From Candidatus Woesearchaeota archaeon (GTDB lineage: Archaea > Nanobdellota > Nanobdellia > Pacearchaeales > GW2011-AR1), in assembly GCA_964603295.1 (NCBI GenBank), contig CAZRUG010000001.1, positions 53,210 to 117,209 on the forward strand: a stretch of DNA of 64,000 bases. Direction: 5' to 3'. The position numbers and the translations under genes were made by a program. Every line of letters starts with the position of its first letter. The stretch's first letter is position 1. Below the pieces are notes generated by a model that saw only the letters and a program-made list of their open reading frames with translations, was not told where the DNA came from and did no database searches. Below are positions 18,919 through 29,141 of the stretch, one piece after another.

Positions 18919-20673
18919 ATGCCTCAAAGAAAAAAAGAGAGCGAATACCCAAATTTGCAATTCATTAAAGACTTGTGGGGATTTTTTGCAAAAAATAAAG
19001 GAAAGTTCATATTTTTTACAATTCTATTGGGAATTGCAAGCACACAGGCATTAATTGTACCAATTATTATTGCAAAGATAGTAGATTTTTTTATCCAGGA
19101 GCAACAAAACTTATCAATTTTTTATATGTATTTGGGAGTTTTACTTGGGGTAAAAATTTTTACAAGTATATTAAGATTAAGGGCCAAATATAATTTAGGA
19201 GTTATTTCTGCAGAAGTTCAGAAAGAAACAAAAATTAAATCATTAAATAAATTAATGCAAGGGGATCTTGTTTGGCATGAAAAAGAATTAGTTGGAGGAA
19301 AGATTCAAAGAATTTCTGAGGGAGTAAATTCAATTAAAAATTTTGTAAAAAGATGGAATAACCAGGGAGTAAATTTGATTGTTAATTTAATTGGTATCCT
19401 TTCTGTTTTTGCATACTTTAATATCAAATATGCTTTATTAGCATTATTATTTATGGTTGTTTATTTATTTGCCGAATTTACATTTAATAAAAAAATATCT
19501 TCTAAGACATTGAAAGTCAATCTTGCTGGAGAAGTAGCTTCGGGCAAAGCATATGAAATCTCTTCAAATATTGTCACAGTAAAATCATTAGGGATTGAAG
19601 ATTCATCAAAGAGAGAAATTCTTCAAAATGAACAAGAGGTCTTTAATGCAAAAATATCTAAAAGTAGATTAAATAATCTAAAGTGGATAGTTCTCCACAC
19701 AATTGCAGCAACATTTTACGCACTTTTCATATTAACTGTTGGAAAAGATATTCTTGCAGGAGAATTAAGTGCAGGTGTTATTGTTATTTATATTAGTTAT
19801 CTTTCACAATTACAAGGAATGTTATTTATAATATCAAGTGAATCCGAAAACCTAATTGATATTAAATATGGAATTTATAGATTAATGGAAATTTATAATT
19901 TAATTCCAGATATTAAGGAAGATGGGGCAAAGGCCATCAGAAATTGGAATAAGATTTTTGTTAGAAATTTATCTTTTAAATACAAAGATGAAGAAGTTTT
20001 AGAAAATTTTAATCTAGAAATAAAAAAAGGAGATAAAATTGGAATTGTTGGAATTTCTGGAAGTGGAAAATCAACATTCTTTAAATTGCTATTAAAATTA
20101 TATCTGCCTGTCAAAGGAATGATTTATTTTGATAAAAGGCCTATTGATCAGATAAAAAAGAATTCTTTATTGAAGAAGATTTCAATTGTCCCCCAAGAAA
20201 CTGAATTATTTAATCTTTCTTTGAGAGAGAATATTTTGATTGCAAAAGGGGGAAAATTTGATAAAAAAGATTATCAAAAAGCAATTAAAATTAGTCAAGT
20301 AGATAAGATAATAAGAAAGCTTGAAAAAGGAGAAGATTCATTGCTTGGAGAAAAAGGTATAAAGTTATCTGGGGGAGAACGTCAAAGATTAGGTATTGCT
20401 AGAGCAATATATAAGAATTCAGATATTATTATTTTTGATGAAGCAACCTCTAATCTAGATTATGTTGTTGAGAGGAAGATACAAGAGTCTTTAGATAAAT
20501 TATCCAATAAAACAATTATTGTCGCAGCCCATCGTTTATCCACATTAAGAAATATGGACAAGATTTTGGTGATGAAAAAAGGAAAGATTATTGAAAATGG
20601 AACTTATGAAGATTTGATAAAAAAGAAAGGAGAATTCTATCATATTTGGAAAAAACAAGGTGGAAAAAGATAG
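18919..20673 (+). CDS. ABC transporter, fused permease/ATP-binding protein (MsbA-like exporter family)
   Basis: 584 aa; N-terminal TM domain; Walker A GISGSGKST, signature LSGGERQRLGIARA, Walker B IIIFDEATS. Confidence 0.85.
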   Translation: MPQRKKESEYPNLQFIKDLWGFFAKNKGKFIFFTILLGIASTQALIVPIIIAKIVDFFIQEQQNLSIFYMYLGVLLGVKIFTSILRLRAKYNLGVISAEVQKETKIKSLNKLMQGDLVWHEKELVGGKIQRISEGVNSIKNFVKRWNNQGVNLIVNLIGILSVFAYFNIKYALLALLFMVVYLFAEFTFNKKISSKTLKVNLAGEVASGKAYEISSNIVTVKSLGIEDSSKREILQNEQEVFNAKISKSRLNNLKWIVLHTIAATFYALFILTVGKDILAGELSAGVIVIYISYLSQLQGMLFIISSESENLIDIKYGIYRLMEIYNLIPDIKEDGAKAIRNWNKIFVRNLSFKYKDEEVLENFNLEIKKGDKIGIVGISGSGKSTFFKLLLKLYLPVKGMIYFDKRPIDQIKKNSLLKKISIVPQETELFNLSLRENILIAKGGKFDKKDYQKAIKISQVDKIIRKLEKGEDSLLGEKGIKLSGGERQRLGIARAIYKNSDIIIFDEATSNLDYVVERKIQESLDKLSNKTIIVAAHRLSTLRNMDKILVMKKGKIIENGTYEDLIKKKGEFYHIWKKQGGKR

Positions 20674-20726
20674 CCCATCACAATCATCTTTAAATACTTC
20701 TACTAAATTTTACTGGTATCAAATAG

Positions 20727-22796
20727 GTGCATGAAAAAATGAAACTAAAAAAAATATCAATTGAAAATATTAGAAGCTATAAGGCCCAAGAAATTGAATT
20801 CCCAGAAGGAGCAACTCTTTTATCAGGAGATATTGGGGCTGGAAAAACAACAATTCTTTTAGCAATTGAATTTGCATTATTTGGATTGCAACCTGGACAA
20901 AGAGGAACATCTTTATTAAAAAATGGAAAAGATAATGCAAAAGTTTTGCTTGAATTTGAAGTTGATGGAAATCAAATAATTATTGAAAGAAGTTTAAAAC
21001 GAGGAAAATCTATTTCACAAGATTCAGCAGCAATAACAATAAATGGAGAAAAACAAGAACTTGCTGTAACAGAATTAAAAAGCCGTGTTTTAGATTTACT
21101 TGATTATCCAAAAGAGTTTGCAAAAAAACAAAATCTTTTATATAAATTCACTGTTTATACTCCTCAAGAAGAAATGAAACAAATAATTTTGCAAGATTCT
21201 GAAACAAGAATAAATACTTTAAGACATGTTTTTGGGATTGATAAATATAAAAAAATATTAGAAAACATCTCAGTTGTAACTTCAAAAATCAGAGAAGAAA
21301 AAAGACTCAAAGAAGGGATTACATTAAACATTGAACAAGACAAACTTTTAGTTGTTTCTAAGGAAGAAGAACTTGAAGAAAAACAATACAATTTAAAATC
21401 AACAGAAAAAGAATTATTTGAATCAACAGAAAAAAGAAAAAAAATCCAAGAAGAAAAACAAGAGATTAATGAAAAGATTGAAGAGAAAAATAAACTTGAA
21501 AAAGAAATTGATAAAACAAAATTAATGATTTCAAATAAAAACGAATTACTTTTTGGAAATAAAAAGAAAATAGAACAAATAAATCTACAAATAAATGAAT
21601 TAAATGAAATAAAATTTGATGAAAAAGATATAGCTACAATCCAAGAATACATAAATGAATTAAAAAAAGAAAAAGAAAAACTTGATTCAGAAAATCTTAC
21701 AATTAGTTCTGAGATTACTTCTTTAAATTATAAAAATAAAGAAAATGATTCTATTAAAGAAAAATTAAAAGTTATTGAAGTTTGCCCAACTTGCCTGCAA
21801 GATGTTAATGAATCATATAAAAATAATGTAATAAATAAGATGGATTCAAATATTTCTACAAATACTTCAAAGATAAATAAACTTAATAAAAGAAAACAAG
21901 AAATCTTAGATAGAAATCAAGAAATTTCCCGAGAAATTTTAATGAAAGAAGAACAAGTCCAAGATTTAAATATTTTAAAGATAAAACTCCAAGGAATTAA
22001 AGAAAAACAAGAAAGCATTTTGGAAATTGAACAATCAAATAATCAACTTAATCAAGATATAGATTTTTTAAATTCTCATTTAAACACATTAAAAAATAAT
22101 GTTCTTGAATTAAATAAATATCAATCAATTTTTGAAGAAAAACAAATGCAATTAGAACAAGCATTGAATAATGAAAAACAAATTGAAATTAGGGTGGCTG
22201 AGTTAAGAAAAGAAATTTATATGATTGAAAAATCAATTCAAGAATTGCAAGAGAAAATTGCAAAAGCAGAAGAAGTAAGGCAACAAGCTGCTTATCTTTC
22301 TGAACTTGAAAATTGGTTAACAAAAAAGTTTATTCCATTAGTTTCGCATACTGAAAAAAATGTTATGATTAAATTAAAAGCAGAGTTTTCCAAATTATTC
22401 AAACAGTGGTTTAGTATGTTAGTATCAGATAATTTTGAAGTTAGGTTAGACGATGATTTTACTCCAATAATTGAACAACAAGATTATGAAATTGATTATG
22501 TTTATCTTTCAGGAGGAGAAAGAACTGCAATTGCTCTTGCATATAGGTTAGCATTAAATCAAGTAATCAACTCTTTATTAAGTAAAATTAAAACAAAAGA
22601 TTTAGTAATCCTCGACGAGCCAACAGATGGTTTTTCAGAAGCACAATTAGATAAAATGCGAGATGTTTTACAAGAACTAAATGTTTCTCAATTAATCATT
22701 GTTAGTCATGAAAGAAAAATAGAAGATTTTGTTGAAAATGTTATTAAATTAAAAAAAGACAAGGGAATTAGTAATGCTGAAATAATTAAGGATTAA
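20727..22796 (+). CDS. rad50: DNA repair ATPase Rad50 (compact, 689 aa)
   Basis: Walker A LSGDIGAGKTT; long coiled coil with CPTC zinc hook; signature/D-loop YLSGGERTAIALAY...LDEPTDGFS. Confidence 0.8.
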   Translation: MHEKMKLKKISIENIRSYKAQEIEFPEGATLLSGDIGAGKTTILLAIEFALFGLQPGQRGTSLLKNGKDNAKVLLEFEVDGNQIIIERSLKRGKSISQDSAAITINGEKQELAVTELKSRVLDLLDYPKEFAKKQNLLYKFTVYTPQEEMKQIILQDSETRINTLRHVFGIDKYKKILENISVVTSKIREEKRLKEGITLNIEQDKLLVVSKEEELEEKQYNLKSTEKELFESTEKRKKIQEEKQEINEKIEEKNKLEKEIDKTKLMISNKNELLFGNKKKIEQINLQINELNEIKFDEKDIATIQEYINELKKEKEKLDSENLTISSEITSLNYKNKENDSIKEKLKVIEVCPTCLQDVNESYKNNVINKMDSNISTNTSKINKLNKRKQEILDRNQEISREILMKEEQVQDLNILKIKLQGIKEKQESILEIEQSNNQLNQDIDFLNSHLNTLKNNVLELNKYQSIFEEKQMQLEQALNNEKQIEIRVAELRKEIYMIEKSIQELQEKIAKAEEVRQQAAYLSELENWLTKKFIPLVSHTEKNVMIKLKAEFSKLFKQWFSMLVSDNFEVRLDDDFTPIIEQQDYEIDYVYLSGGERTAIALAYRLALNQVINSLLSKIKTKDLVILDEPTDGFSEAQLDKMRDVLQELNVSQLIIVSHERKIEDFVENVIKLKKDKGISNAEIIKD

Positions 22797-23157
22797 ATTC
22801 TTCTCCTCTCGCTAGTGCTTTATGTTCATCTATTTTTTGATCACTCATTATAGTCGCGACATAAAGAAAAAGAAAACTTGTCACTCCCAAGGCTATCTGA
22901 TGGCCATGAAATTCATTTGTTGTTCCAGATAAATAATTCATTAATTTCTGATATACAATTGAAGAAGTTCCTGCAACTGCCAAAGTGTGTGTTCCAATAA
23001 GAAGTTTATCTCTTTTATTTCTATATTCTTCTGCAAGAGTATTATGAACAATTTCTCTATTTGTTGATCCCTCAATCAATCCTTTTTCTTCCAGGTTTCT
23101 AATATAATTATCTGTTGGTGTAATGACGTATTTTGTTGCTCCAACTAAATTTTTCAC
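22786..23157 (-). CDS. Hypothetical protein with C-terminal hydrophobic segment; paralog of 23282-23698
   Basis: 123 aa; shares ITPTDNYI...NTL...LIGTHTLA pattern with its neighbour. Confidence 0.4.
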   Translation of the reverse strand: MKNLVGATKYVITPTDNYIRNLEEKGLIEGSTNREIVHNTLAEEYRNKRDKLLIGTHTLAVAGTSSIVYQKLMNYLSGTTNEFHGHQIALGVTSFLFLYVATIMSDQKIDEHKALARGEEFNP

Positions 23158-23281
23158 TCTATTTGAACTTCAACTTGGAAAATTTTTAATACCTTTTTTT
23201 AATGTTGGAATATCTTTATCAAAACAATTTGTATTCTGTGCCTCCTCTTGGCGAGCAATATTTTCAAGAAGCATATTTTCT

Positions 23282-23698
23282 TTATTCTGCCTGAGCTCTG
23301 TGCTGCTCTGTTTTAATTGCATTTGAAAGTGTCAAAGCACCTGAAACTAATAATCCTGTCATAAAAGCACCAATTCCAAGACCACTAAAATTATCTCTTC
23401 CCAAAGAACTATTAATTAAATGCGCAGTAACACCTCCTGTAAAAAGAGTATAACCTGCAATAAAATAAGTGTCTCTTGCTTTTTCATAAGCATGAACTAA
23501 TGTGTTATTAGATACTTTTCTGGCTGAATATCCTAAATTACCTTCTTTTTCTTTTATATAGTCACTTGTAGGAATAGCTAAATAATGAACACTCTCCCCA
23601 AGATTTTTTGCTCTTTGTTTAAACCAATCTTTCAAACAATTTGCAATAGAAGTCTCTGAGTTATCCGATCTATCTTGAATTGTGTTTTCAAGAGGCAT
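23282..23698 (-). CDS. Hypothetical protein with C-terminal hydrophobic segment; paralog of 22786-23157
   Basis: 138 aa; AIPTSDYI...NTLVHAY...FIAGYTLF similar to neighbour. Confidence 0.4.
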   Translation of the reverse strand: MPLENTIQDRSDNSETSIANCLKDWFKQRAKNLGESVHYLAIPTSDYIKEKEGNLGYSARKVSNNTLVHAYEKARDTYFIAGYTLFTGGVTAHLINSSLGRDNFSGLGIGAFMTGLLVSGALTLSNAIKTEQHRAQAE

Positions 23699-23750
23699 AA
23701 AAAAATAAAGCCATTATTTTTTATAAACTTTTTGATGTTCCATAATATAT

Positions 23751-24986
23751 TTAATAAACACTCAAAACATCTGCAACTTCATTAATTCTATTAAAACAAA
23801 GAATATTATTATCTTTGAAAATATTTTTAGCAGATTTCATTGATTTTTCTCCTAGAAAACACGCAACAACAGTTTTGTTTTTCGCAAATTTAATAATCTC
23901 TTTAGCAGTTTGCTCTGGTTGAGACATTGCCTGCGGAGTTAAAATAACAATCAAAGAATCATAATTATTCTTTAAATTTTTTAGTGCTTTTTTGTAATCT
24001 CCTGCATTTGCATCTCCTAAAATATCAAGTGGTTTTCCAATAATCTCCAAACCTCTTTTTACACAAGCATCAGACATTAAAGCACCAGCTCCACCAGCAT
24101 TTGTAATAATTTTAATTTTTCTATCTTTAGGAATTTTATTTAACTTAATATAATTAAATGCACTAAAAATTGAAGAAGCAATTTTAACCTTGCACTGCCT
24201 AAACACACCTCTGTAAATATCATATTCAGTTGCTAAACTTCCAGTATGACTAAATGCAGCTTTAGAACCCTCCTCAGTTTTACCTGCCTTAATAACAATA
24301 ATTTCTTTTTTTGATTTTTTACAAACCTCAATAAACTTTTTACCTTGCTTAACTTTCTCAACATAAAGAACAATCTTTTTTGTGTTGCTATCTTTTTCAA
24401 AATATTCAAGCCATTCATTAAATTCTAAATCAGCCATATTTCCCAAACTAACAAAACCAGACAATTTTGAATCTTCTTTGTCAAAAACATAACTTGCTAA
24501 AGCACCACTTTGACTAATAAAAGCTGTGTCGCCTTTTTCAATAAAACAATTTGCAAAAGTTGTATCTAAATCTAAATAAGGATTTGCAATACCAAAACAG
24601 TTTGGACCTAATAAATTAATTTCATTTTTTCTTGCAATTTCAACTAATTCTTGTTCTTCTTTTTTATTGCCAGATTCAGAAAAACCAGCTGAAATCACAA
24701 TAACATTTTTAACTTTTTTTTCAACACATTCATTTAAAACTTCTTTAACAAACTTTGAAGGAATAGCAATAACAACCAAATCAATTTGATTTTCATAATC
24801 TAAAATACTTTTGTAAACTTTTTTATTAAAGATGGTTCCATCCTTGATATTAATTGGAATAATTTTCCCCCTGAACTTTTCTAATTTTTTCATTAAAATT
24901 CCTCCAACCTTGTTTTTATTTGAAGAAGCACCAACTACTGCAATTGATTTTGGATTAAAGAATTTTGATAAGTCACGACTTTTCAT
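23751..24986 (-). CDS. Acetate--CoA ligase (ADP-forming) alpha-type subunit (CoA-binding + succinyl-CoA synthetase-like domains)
   Basis: 411 aa; N-terminal CoA-binding IAVVGASSNKNKVGG; domain order typical of ACD alpha. Confidence 0.65.
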   Translation of the reverse strand: MKSRDLSKFFNPKSIAVVGASSNKNKVGGILMKKLEKFRGKIIPINIKDGTIFNKKVYKSILDYENQIDLVVIAIPSKFVKEVLNECVEKKVKNVIVISAGFSESGNKKEEQELVEIARKNEINLLGPNCFGIANPYLDLDTTFANCFIEKGDTAFISQSGALASYVFDKEDSKLSGFVSLGNMADLEFNEWLEYFEKDSNTKKIVLYVEKVKQGKKFIEVCKKSKKEIIVIKAGKTEEGSKAAFSHTGSLATEYDIYRGVFRQCKVKIASSIFSAFNYIKLNKIPKDRKIKIITNAGGAGALMSDACVKRGLEIIGKPLDILGDANAGDYKKALKNLKNNYDSLIVILTPQAMSQPEQTAKEIIKFAKNKTVVACFLGEKSMKSAKNIFKDNNILCFNRINEVADVLSVY

Positions 24987-25014
24987 AATATATAAAGAAA
25001 AGAATTAAATATAA

Positions 25015-25641
25015 ATGTTTCTTGTTTTTTACATGAAGTCATTAACAGAAAAAAGTGCATCAAGTTTTCTTAAAGAGCAAGGTTTTGATATAAATGAATT
25101 TATATTTGTTAATAATAAAAAAGATTTAGAATCTGCATTAGAGAAAGTTGGTTATCCTTGTGTAATGAAAGTTTCAAGTTCAAAAATTGTGCACAAGAAT
25201 AAAGTTGGTGGTGTGAAGTTAGATATTGGAAATTTCAAAGAAGCATTGCAGACATTTAATAAATTAATGAACATTAAAAATGCAGAGGGTGTTTTAATTC
25301 AAAAGCAAATTCCTGGAAAATGGTATCTACTTGGTATTAAGAAAACTCCTGAATTTGGGCATGCAATTGTTTTTGGAGCAGGAGGTATTTACACTGAACA
25401 AATCAAAGACACTTCATTTAGAATTACTCCTTTAACTAAGAAAGATTGCATTTCAATGATTAATGAAACAAATATTGGAAATAAATTAAATAAAAAAGAA
25501 AAAAAGATAGTTATTGATAACTTATTAAAACTCTCAAAGTTAACAAAAGATTTTCCAGATATTCAAGAACTTGATATAAATCCATTAATGATTTACAAGA
25601 ACAAAGGTTTGATAATTGATTCTAGGATTGTTTTTACCTAG
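25015..25641 (+). CDS. Acetate--CoA ligase (ADP-forming) beta-type subunit (ATP-grasp)
   Basis: 208 aa; ATP-grasp features (GYPCVMKVSS...HKNKVGGVKL); divergent partner of 23751-24986. Confidence 0.55.
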   Translation: MFLVFYMKSLTEKSASSFLKEQGFDINEFIFVNNKKDLESALEKVGYPCVMKVSSSKIVHKNKVGGVKLDIGNFKEALQTFNKLMNIKNAEGVLIQKQIPGKWYLLGIKKTPEFGHAIVFGAGGIYTEQIKDTSFRITPLTKKDCISMINETNIGNKLNKKEKKIVIDNLLKLSKLTKDFPDIQELDINPLMIYKNKGLIIDSRIVFT

Positions 25642-25711
25642 GTGTTATAACAATCTTTAAAAACCCACATTTCGATTTCATCTTGTTTTAAATTAATCTA
25701 AAGGAGGATAA

Positions 25712-26320
25712 ATGAAAAAAACAAATTTTTTGCTAATGGCAATTATTTTATTAAGCATAGCTTCGCTTTTAGGAAGTTTTGTAGTAGCATTTAAAGACAA
25801 TTCTATTACTGGAAATGTTATTGAAGATCCCTTAAATAATTTAACAAAAGAAATAAATAATTCTCTTATTGATTTTTCTCAATTACAAAAAACAGAATCT
25901 CAGATCAAAGAACTTTTAAGAAATAAACAAGACTCTTATCAAGAATTATCTAATTTAATGTATGGGCTTGGAGATGTTTTTGGAACAGCATATCCCGAAT
26001 CAGAATTTAAACCCTATTTTTATAATGAAGCACAAAAACTTTCAATTAGATCACAACAAACTCAATATACTCAAGAAGATCTTGAAAATAGTTTAGCTGA
26101 ATTAAAAAAAATGCAAAAACAATTAGAAGAAGTTAATAATGAATTAAATAAAATACATTTTGAAATAAAAGAAAACAAAAAACAAGAATCTGCTATTTCT
26201 CCAATAACTTATTTTCTTATTGCAATTAATTTTCTTGTTTTAATAATCTCAATTGTTTTAGCAAAAGACCAGATTGTTAATGTAAATATTTTTCATACAT
26301 TAGACAAAAATAAAAGTTAA
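25712..26320 (+). CDS. Hypothetical membrane-anchored coiled-coil protein
   Basis: 202 aa; N-terminal signal/TM, central coiled coil, C-terminal TM; RBS-like AGGAGG upstream. Confidence 0.5.
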   Translation: MKKTNFLLMAIILLSIASLLGSFVVAFKDNSITGNVIEDPLNNLTKEINNSLIDFSQLQKTESQIKELLRNKQDSYQELSNLMYGLGDVFGTAYPESEFKPYFYNEAQKLSIRSQQTQYTQEDLENSLAELKKMQKQLEEVNNELNKIHFEIKENKKQESAISPITYFLIAINFLVLIISIVLAKDQIVNVNIFHTLDKNKS

Positions 26321-26338
26321 AAAAATAAAAAAGTTTAA

Positions 26339-26560
26339 TTAGTTGCTGGTTGCTTCACCAACATCATTAAGGAATTCTTGTGCTTGGCCAACTAAGTTCT
26401 TGCTCCATTTCCAACATAATCCATCTCCAATTCCCACATCACAATTAATACCTGGATCATCAGAAACAATTCCTCCAACAATTCCCCAGGTTCCAAGAAT
26501 TGCAATTAAAATAACTGCAATAATTAACATTGTTTTAATTTTCATAAAATAATTACTCAA
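26339..26560 (-). CDS. Small hypothetical secreted/membrane peptide
   Basis: 73 aa; strongly hydrophobic N-terminus MKIKTMLIIAVILIAILG, two Cys. Confidence 0.35.
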   Translation of the reverse strand: MSNYFMKIKTMLIIAVILIAILGTWGIVGGIVSDDPGINCDVGIGDGLCWKWSKNLVGQAQEFLNDVGEATSN

Positions 26561-26737
26561 TAGATGTTTTTAATTGTTTTGGGCTTTTTAGAAATATGGA
26601 AATTTATTCAACACCCTATGCAAAGCAACTGTGTTGGCGAGCATAGTGATAGAGCATTGAAAATTTTCACGCACTTTGCAAAGTTTAATTTGCAACCGCA
26701 ACAAAGTGAGGACTATGGGGTTAAAATCTTTGATTTT

Positions 26738-26760
26738 GACGCCCCGACCGAGATTCGAAC
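26738..26760 (-). repeat. 23-nt perfect direct repeat of the tRNA 3' end (T-loop to discriminator plus 2 nt). att-like boundary; the surrounding sequence does not fold as a complete tRNA
   Basis: gacgccccgaccgagattcgaac is identical to 37609-37631. The upstream would-be T-stem 5' strand (GAGGG) does not pair, so this is a fragment, not a gene. Confidence 0.8.
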
Positions 26761-27093
26761 CCTCGTCTTGCGAGCCACAGTCACACGTTCTACAATTAAA
26801 TTACCATCGCCATTATGAGATTTATATTAAGTCTAAAGTTTAAAAGTTTTCTTTAATTTACAGAGATACCCCACAACATTTAAATACTCTTTTGACTTTT
26901 TTAAAAAATGATAGTTAAAACAGATAAAGCTTCCAACTGCATTGATTTCAGTTGCACGAGAATAAATCGTGAAGCTTCTTGTCGGCATAATTCGAAATAA
27001 TAGTATATTCAATTCGAAGAAATATCTTGGTATCTTTAATCAGATAAATTTAAAAAACAATTTAATCTGGCTTAAACGTTTTTGGAGGTTTAA

Positions 27094-27486
27094 ATGAAAT
27101 TAGCATTTGATAAACTAGGGGGCTTAATTCCTGTTGTAACCCAAGATTTCCGGACAAACGAAGTTTTAATGGTCGGTTTTATGAACCAAAATGCGTTTGA
27201 AGAAACTTTAAAAACATTACAAGCAACATATTGGAGTAGAAGTAAAAATCGCCTTTGGAAAAAAGGAGAAACTTCAGGTAATGTCCAGGAAGTAAAACAA
27301 ATATTAATTGATTGCGATAACGACACACTTTTGTTAAAGGTGCACCAAATAGGTGGTGCGGCGTGTCATACTGGTTATAGGTCATGTTTTTATCGAGAAA
27401 TGGATTCAAAACAAAATACAAATATAATCGGTAAAAAACTATTTATGGAGGGTGAACTTTATGGAGAAAAAAATAAGCAACACTAA
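27094..27486 (+). CDS. hisI: Phosphoribosyl-AMP cyclohydrolase
   Basis: 130 aa; HisI motifs (GLIPVVTQD, WSRSKNRLWKKGETSGN, DCDNDTLLLKV, CHTG). Confidence 0.8.
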   Translation: MKLAFDKLGGLIPVVTQDFRTNEVLMVGFMNQNAFEETLKTLQATYWSRSKNRLWKKGETSGNVQEVKQILIDCDNDTLLLKVHQIGGAACHTGYRSCFYREMDSKQNTNIIGKKLFMEGELYGEKNKQH

Positions 27487-28366
27487 GGAAAATAAAAATA
27501 AAATTGTACTTGGCCTACCAAAAGGGAGCTTGCAAGAAGCAACAGCCAAATTGTTTGAAAAAGCTGGATTTGAGATTTCCATTCCTGAAAGGTCATATTT
27601 TCCTAGCATAAATGATCCAGAAATAGAGTGTATTTTATTAAGAGCGCAAGAGATAGCCGGATATGTAGAGGCTGGTATCCTTGATGCAGGTATAACTGGT
27701 TATGATTGGATTCAGGAAACTAGGGCAGATGTCCATGAAGTTGAAGAATTTATTTATGGTAAAAAAGGCTTTAGTGCAGTAAAGTGGATTTTAGCTGTTG
27801 CAAATGAATCTCCAATAAAATCTGTTCAGGATTTGGAAGGGAAAAGAATAGCTACAGAAACAATGAATCTTACTAAAAATTTCTTAAAAGAAAAAGGAGT
27901 AAACGCTAAGGTAGAATTCTCTTGGGGGGCAACAGAAATAAAAGCTCGTGGACTTGTTGATGCGATCGTTGATGTTACTGAAACAGGATCTTCCTTAAAA
28001 GCAAATAATTTAAGGGTAATTGATACAATCTTAGAGTCAACAACTAGATTAATTGCAAATAATGATTCTATTAAAAACGAGTGGAAAAAAAATAAAATTT
28101 ATGGTCTAGCATTGCTTCTAAAAGGGGTAATGTTAGCAGAGAAGAAGGTCTTAATGATGATGAATGTAAAAAAAGAAGATGTAGAAAATGTGACAAAAGC
28201 TCTTCCAGCACTAAACACGCCAACAATAACACAACTGACTAATCCAGATTGGTTTGATGTTATCACAGTTGTAGATAAATTAACTGCAAGAGACATAACC
28301 CCTAAACTTAAAATGCTTGGTGCAAGGGATATTTTAGAAATTCCTATTAATCGTATTATAATCTAA
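27452..28366 (+). CDS. hisG: ATP phosphoribosyltransferase, long form with C-terminal regulatory domain
   Basis: 304 aa; LGLPKGSL, DAGITGYDW, TGSSLKAN and a HisG_C-like C-terminus. Confidence 0.85.
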   Translation: MNFMEKKISNTKENKNKIVLGLPKGSLQEATAKLFEKAGFEISIPERSYFPSINDPEIECILLRAQEIAGYVEAGILDAGITGYDWIQETRADVHEVEEFIYGKKGFSAVKWILAVANESPIKSVQDLEGKRIATETMNLTKNFLKEKGVNAKVEFSWGATEIKARGLVDAIVDVTETGSSLKANNLRVIDTILESTTRLIANNDSIKNEWKKNKIYGLALLLKGVMLAEKKVLMMMNVKKEDVENVTKALPALNTPTITQLTNPDWFDVITVVDKLTARDITPKLKMLGARDILEIPINRIII

Positions 28367-28979
28367 GCTGACTATACCAATTTTCAATTCTATCTTGATT
28401 AACACAATTATTATAGATTCCAAATTGTGGTTCTTTCTCGGCTAATATAGCGACCCCTGTAGATAATCCAAATAAAATCTCTTCGCCTATAACGTTGTTA
28501 GGAAGATATTGTGCGAATCCATCGGGGGTTAGAGATAAATCTGGAGCTATCTGATGAATCTTTTGGAAGGATGTATCTTTATCATAAATAAATAGAATTT
28601 TATTCTCCAGGTTAGAAACATCTTGGTTTGGATATCTTGAAACTCTTTTTTCTCCCCTTTCAATATCATTTACTCCCAGATATAAATGGGAAATCCCATT
28701 TGGTTTTAAATGATTAACACAGCCAATTCTTGCATCTCCAATTGCCCCCCTAAAAGTTAATAAAGTTAAATCAAGGGCCATTAGAGGATTCATTCCATCT
28801 TGTAGATTCTCTTGAGTTCTTTTACACATATGACCATTAAAACTAATTAAATAATCTCCACATTGTTTGTTCAAGAATCTAATACAAGAATAATTATCTA
28901 CCTCAGGGTCTTGATTTGTGGAATGATCTTCATATCCTTTTTTTGGGAAGACATTTATCTTTTTCTTCCCTGCATTCAC
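28356..28979 (-). CDS. Hypothetical protein
   Basis: 207-aa ORF; no family recognised. Confidence 0.4.
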   Translation of the reverse strand: MNAGKKKINVFPKKGYEDHSTNQDPEVDNYSCIRFLNKQCGDYLISFNGHMCKRTQENLQDGMNPLMALDLTLLTFRGAIGDARIGCVNHLKPNGISHLYLGVNDIERGEKRVSRYPNQDVSNLENKILFIYDKDTSFQKIHQIAPDLSLTPDGFAQYLPNNVIGEEILFGLSTGVAILAEKEPQFGIYNNCVNQDRIENWYSQLRL

Positions 28980-29141
28980 TCTTAGTTCTCGATAGGGGAT
29001 ACTTTTGCTTGCTAAAGTAAAAAATACAAAAGGCTTACCAAGATATTGCCCACCTCCAACAATCCTTGAAGTATATATATCTTATTATCATTATTTTAAG
29101 TCATATATTCTTGGTTTAAATTTAATAAACTTAAAAGTAGA

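Noticed and set aside
21164-21652. 162-aa minus-strand ORF inside rad50
   Set aside because: Antisense to the Rad50 coiled-coil region; Ser/Phe-rich low-complexity translation.
26564-26818. 84-aa plus-strand ORF
   Set aside because: It spans the tRNA-fragment repeat and intergenic sequence, and has no start context.
26690-26820. Possible second complete tRNA gene at the left island boundary
   Set aside because: Only the T-loop-to-3'-end 23-mer is present. The would-be T-stem 5' strand (GAGGG) does not pair, and no acceptor 5' strand (GCCCCGA) exists within 150 nt. This is a fragment or att remnant, not a gene.
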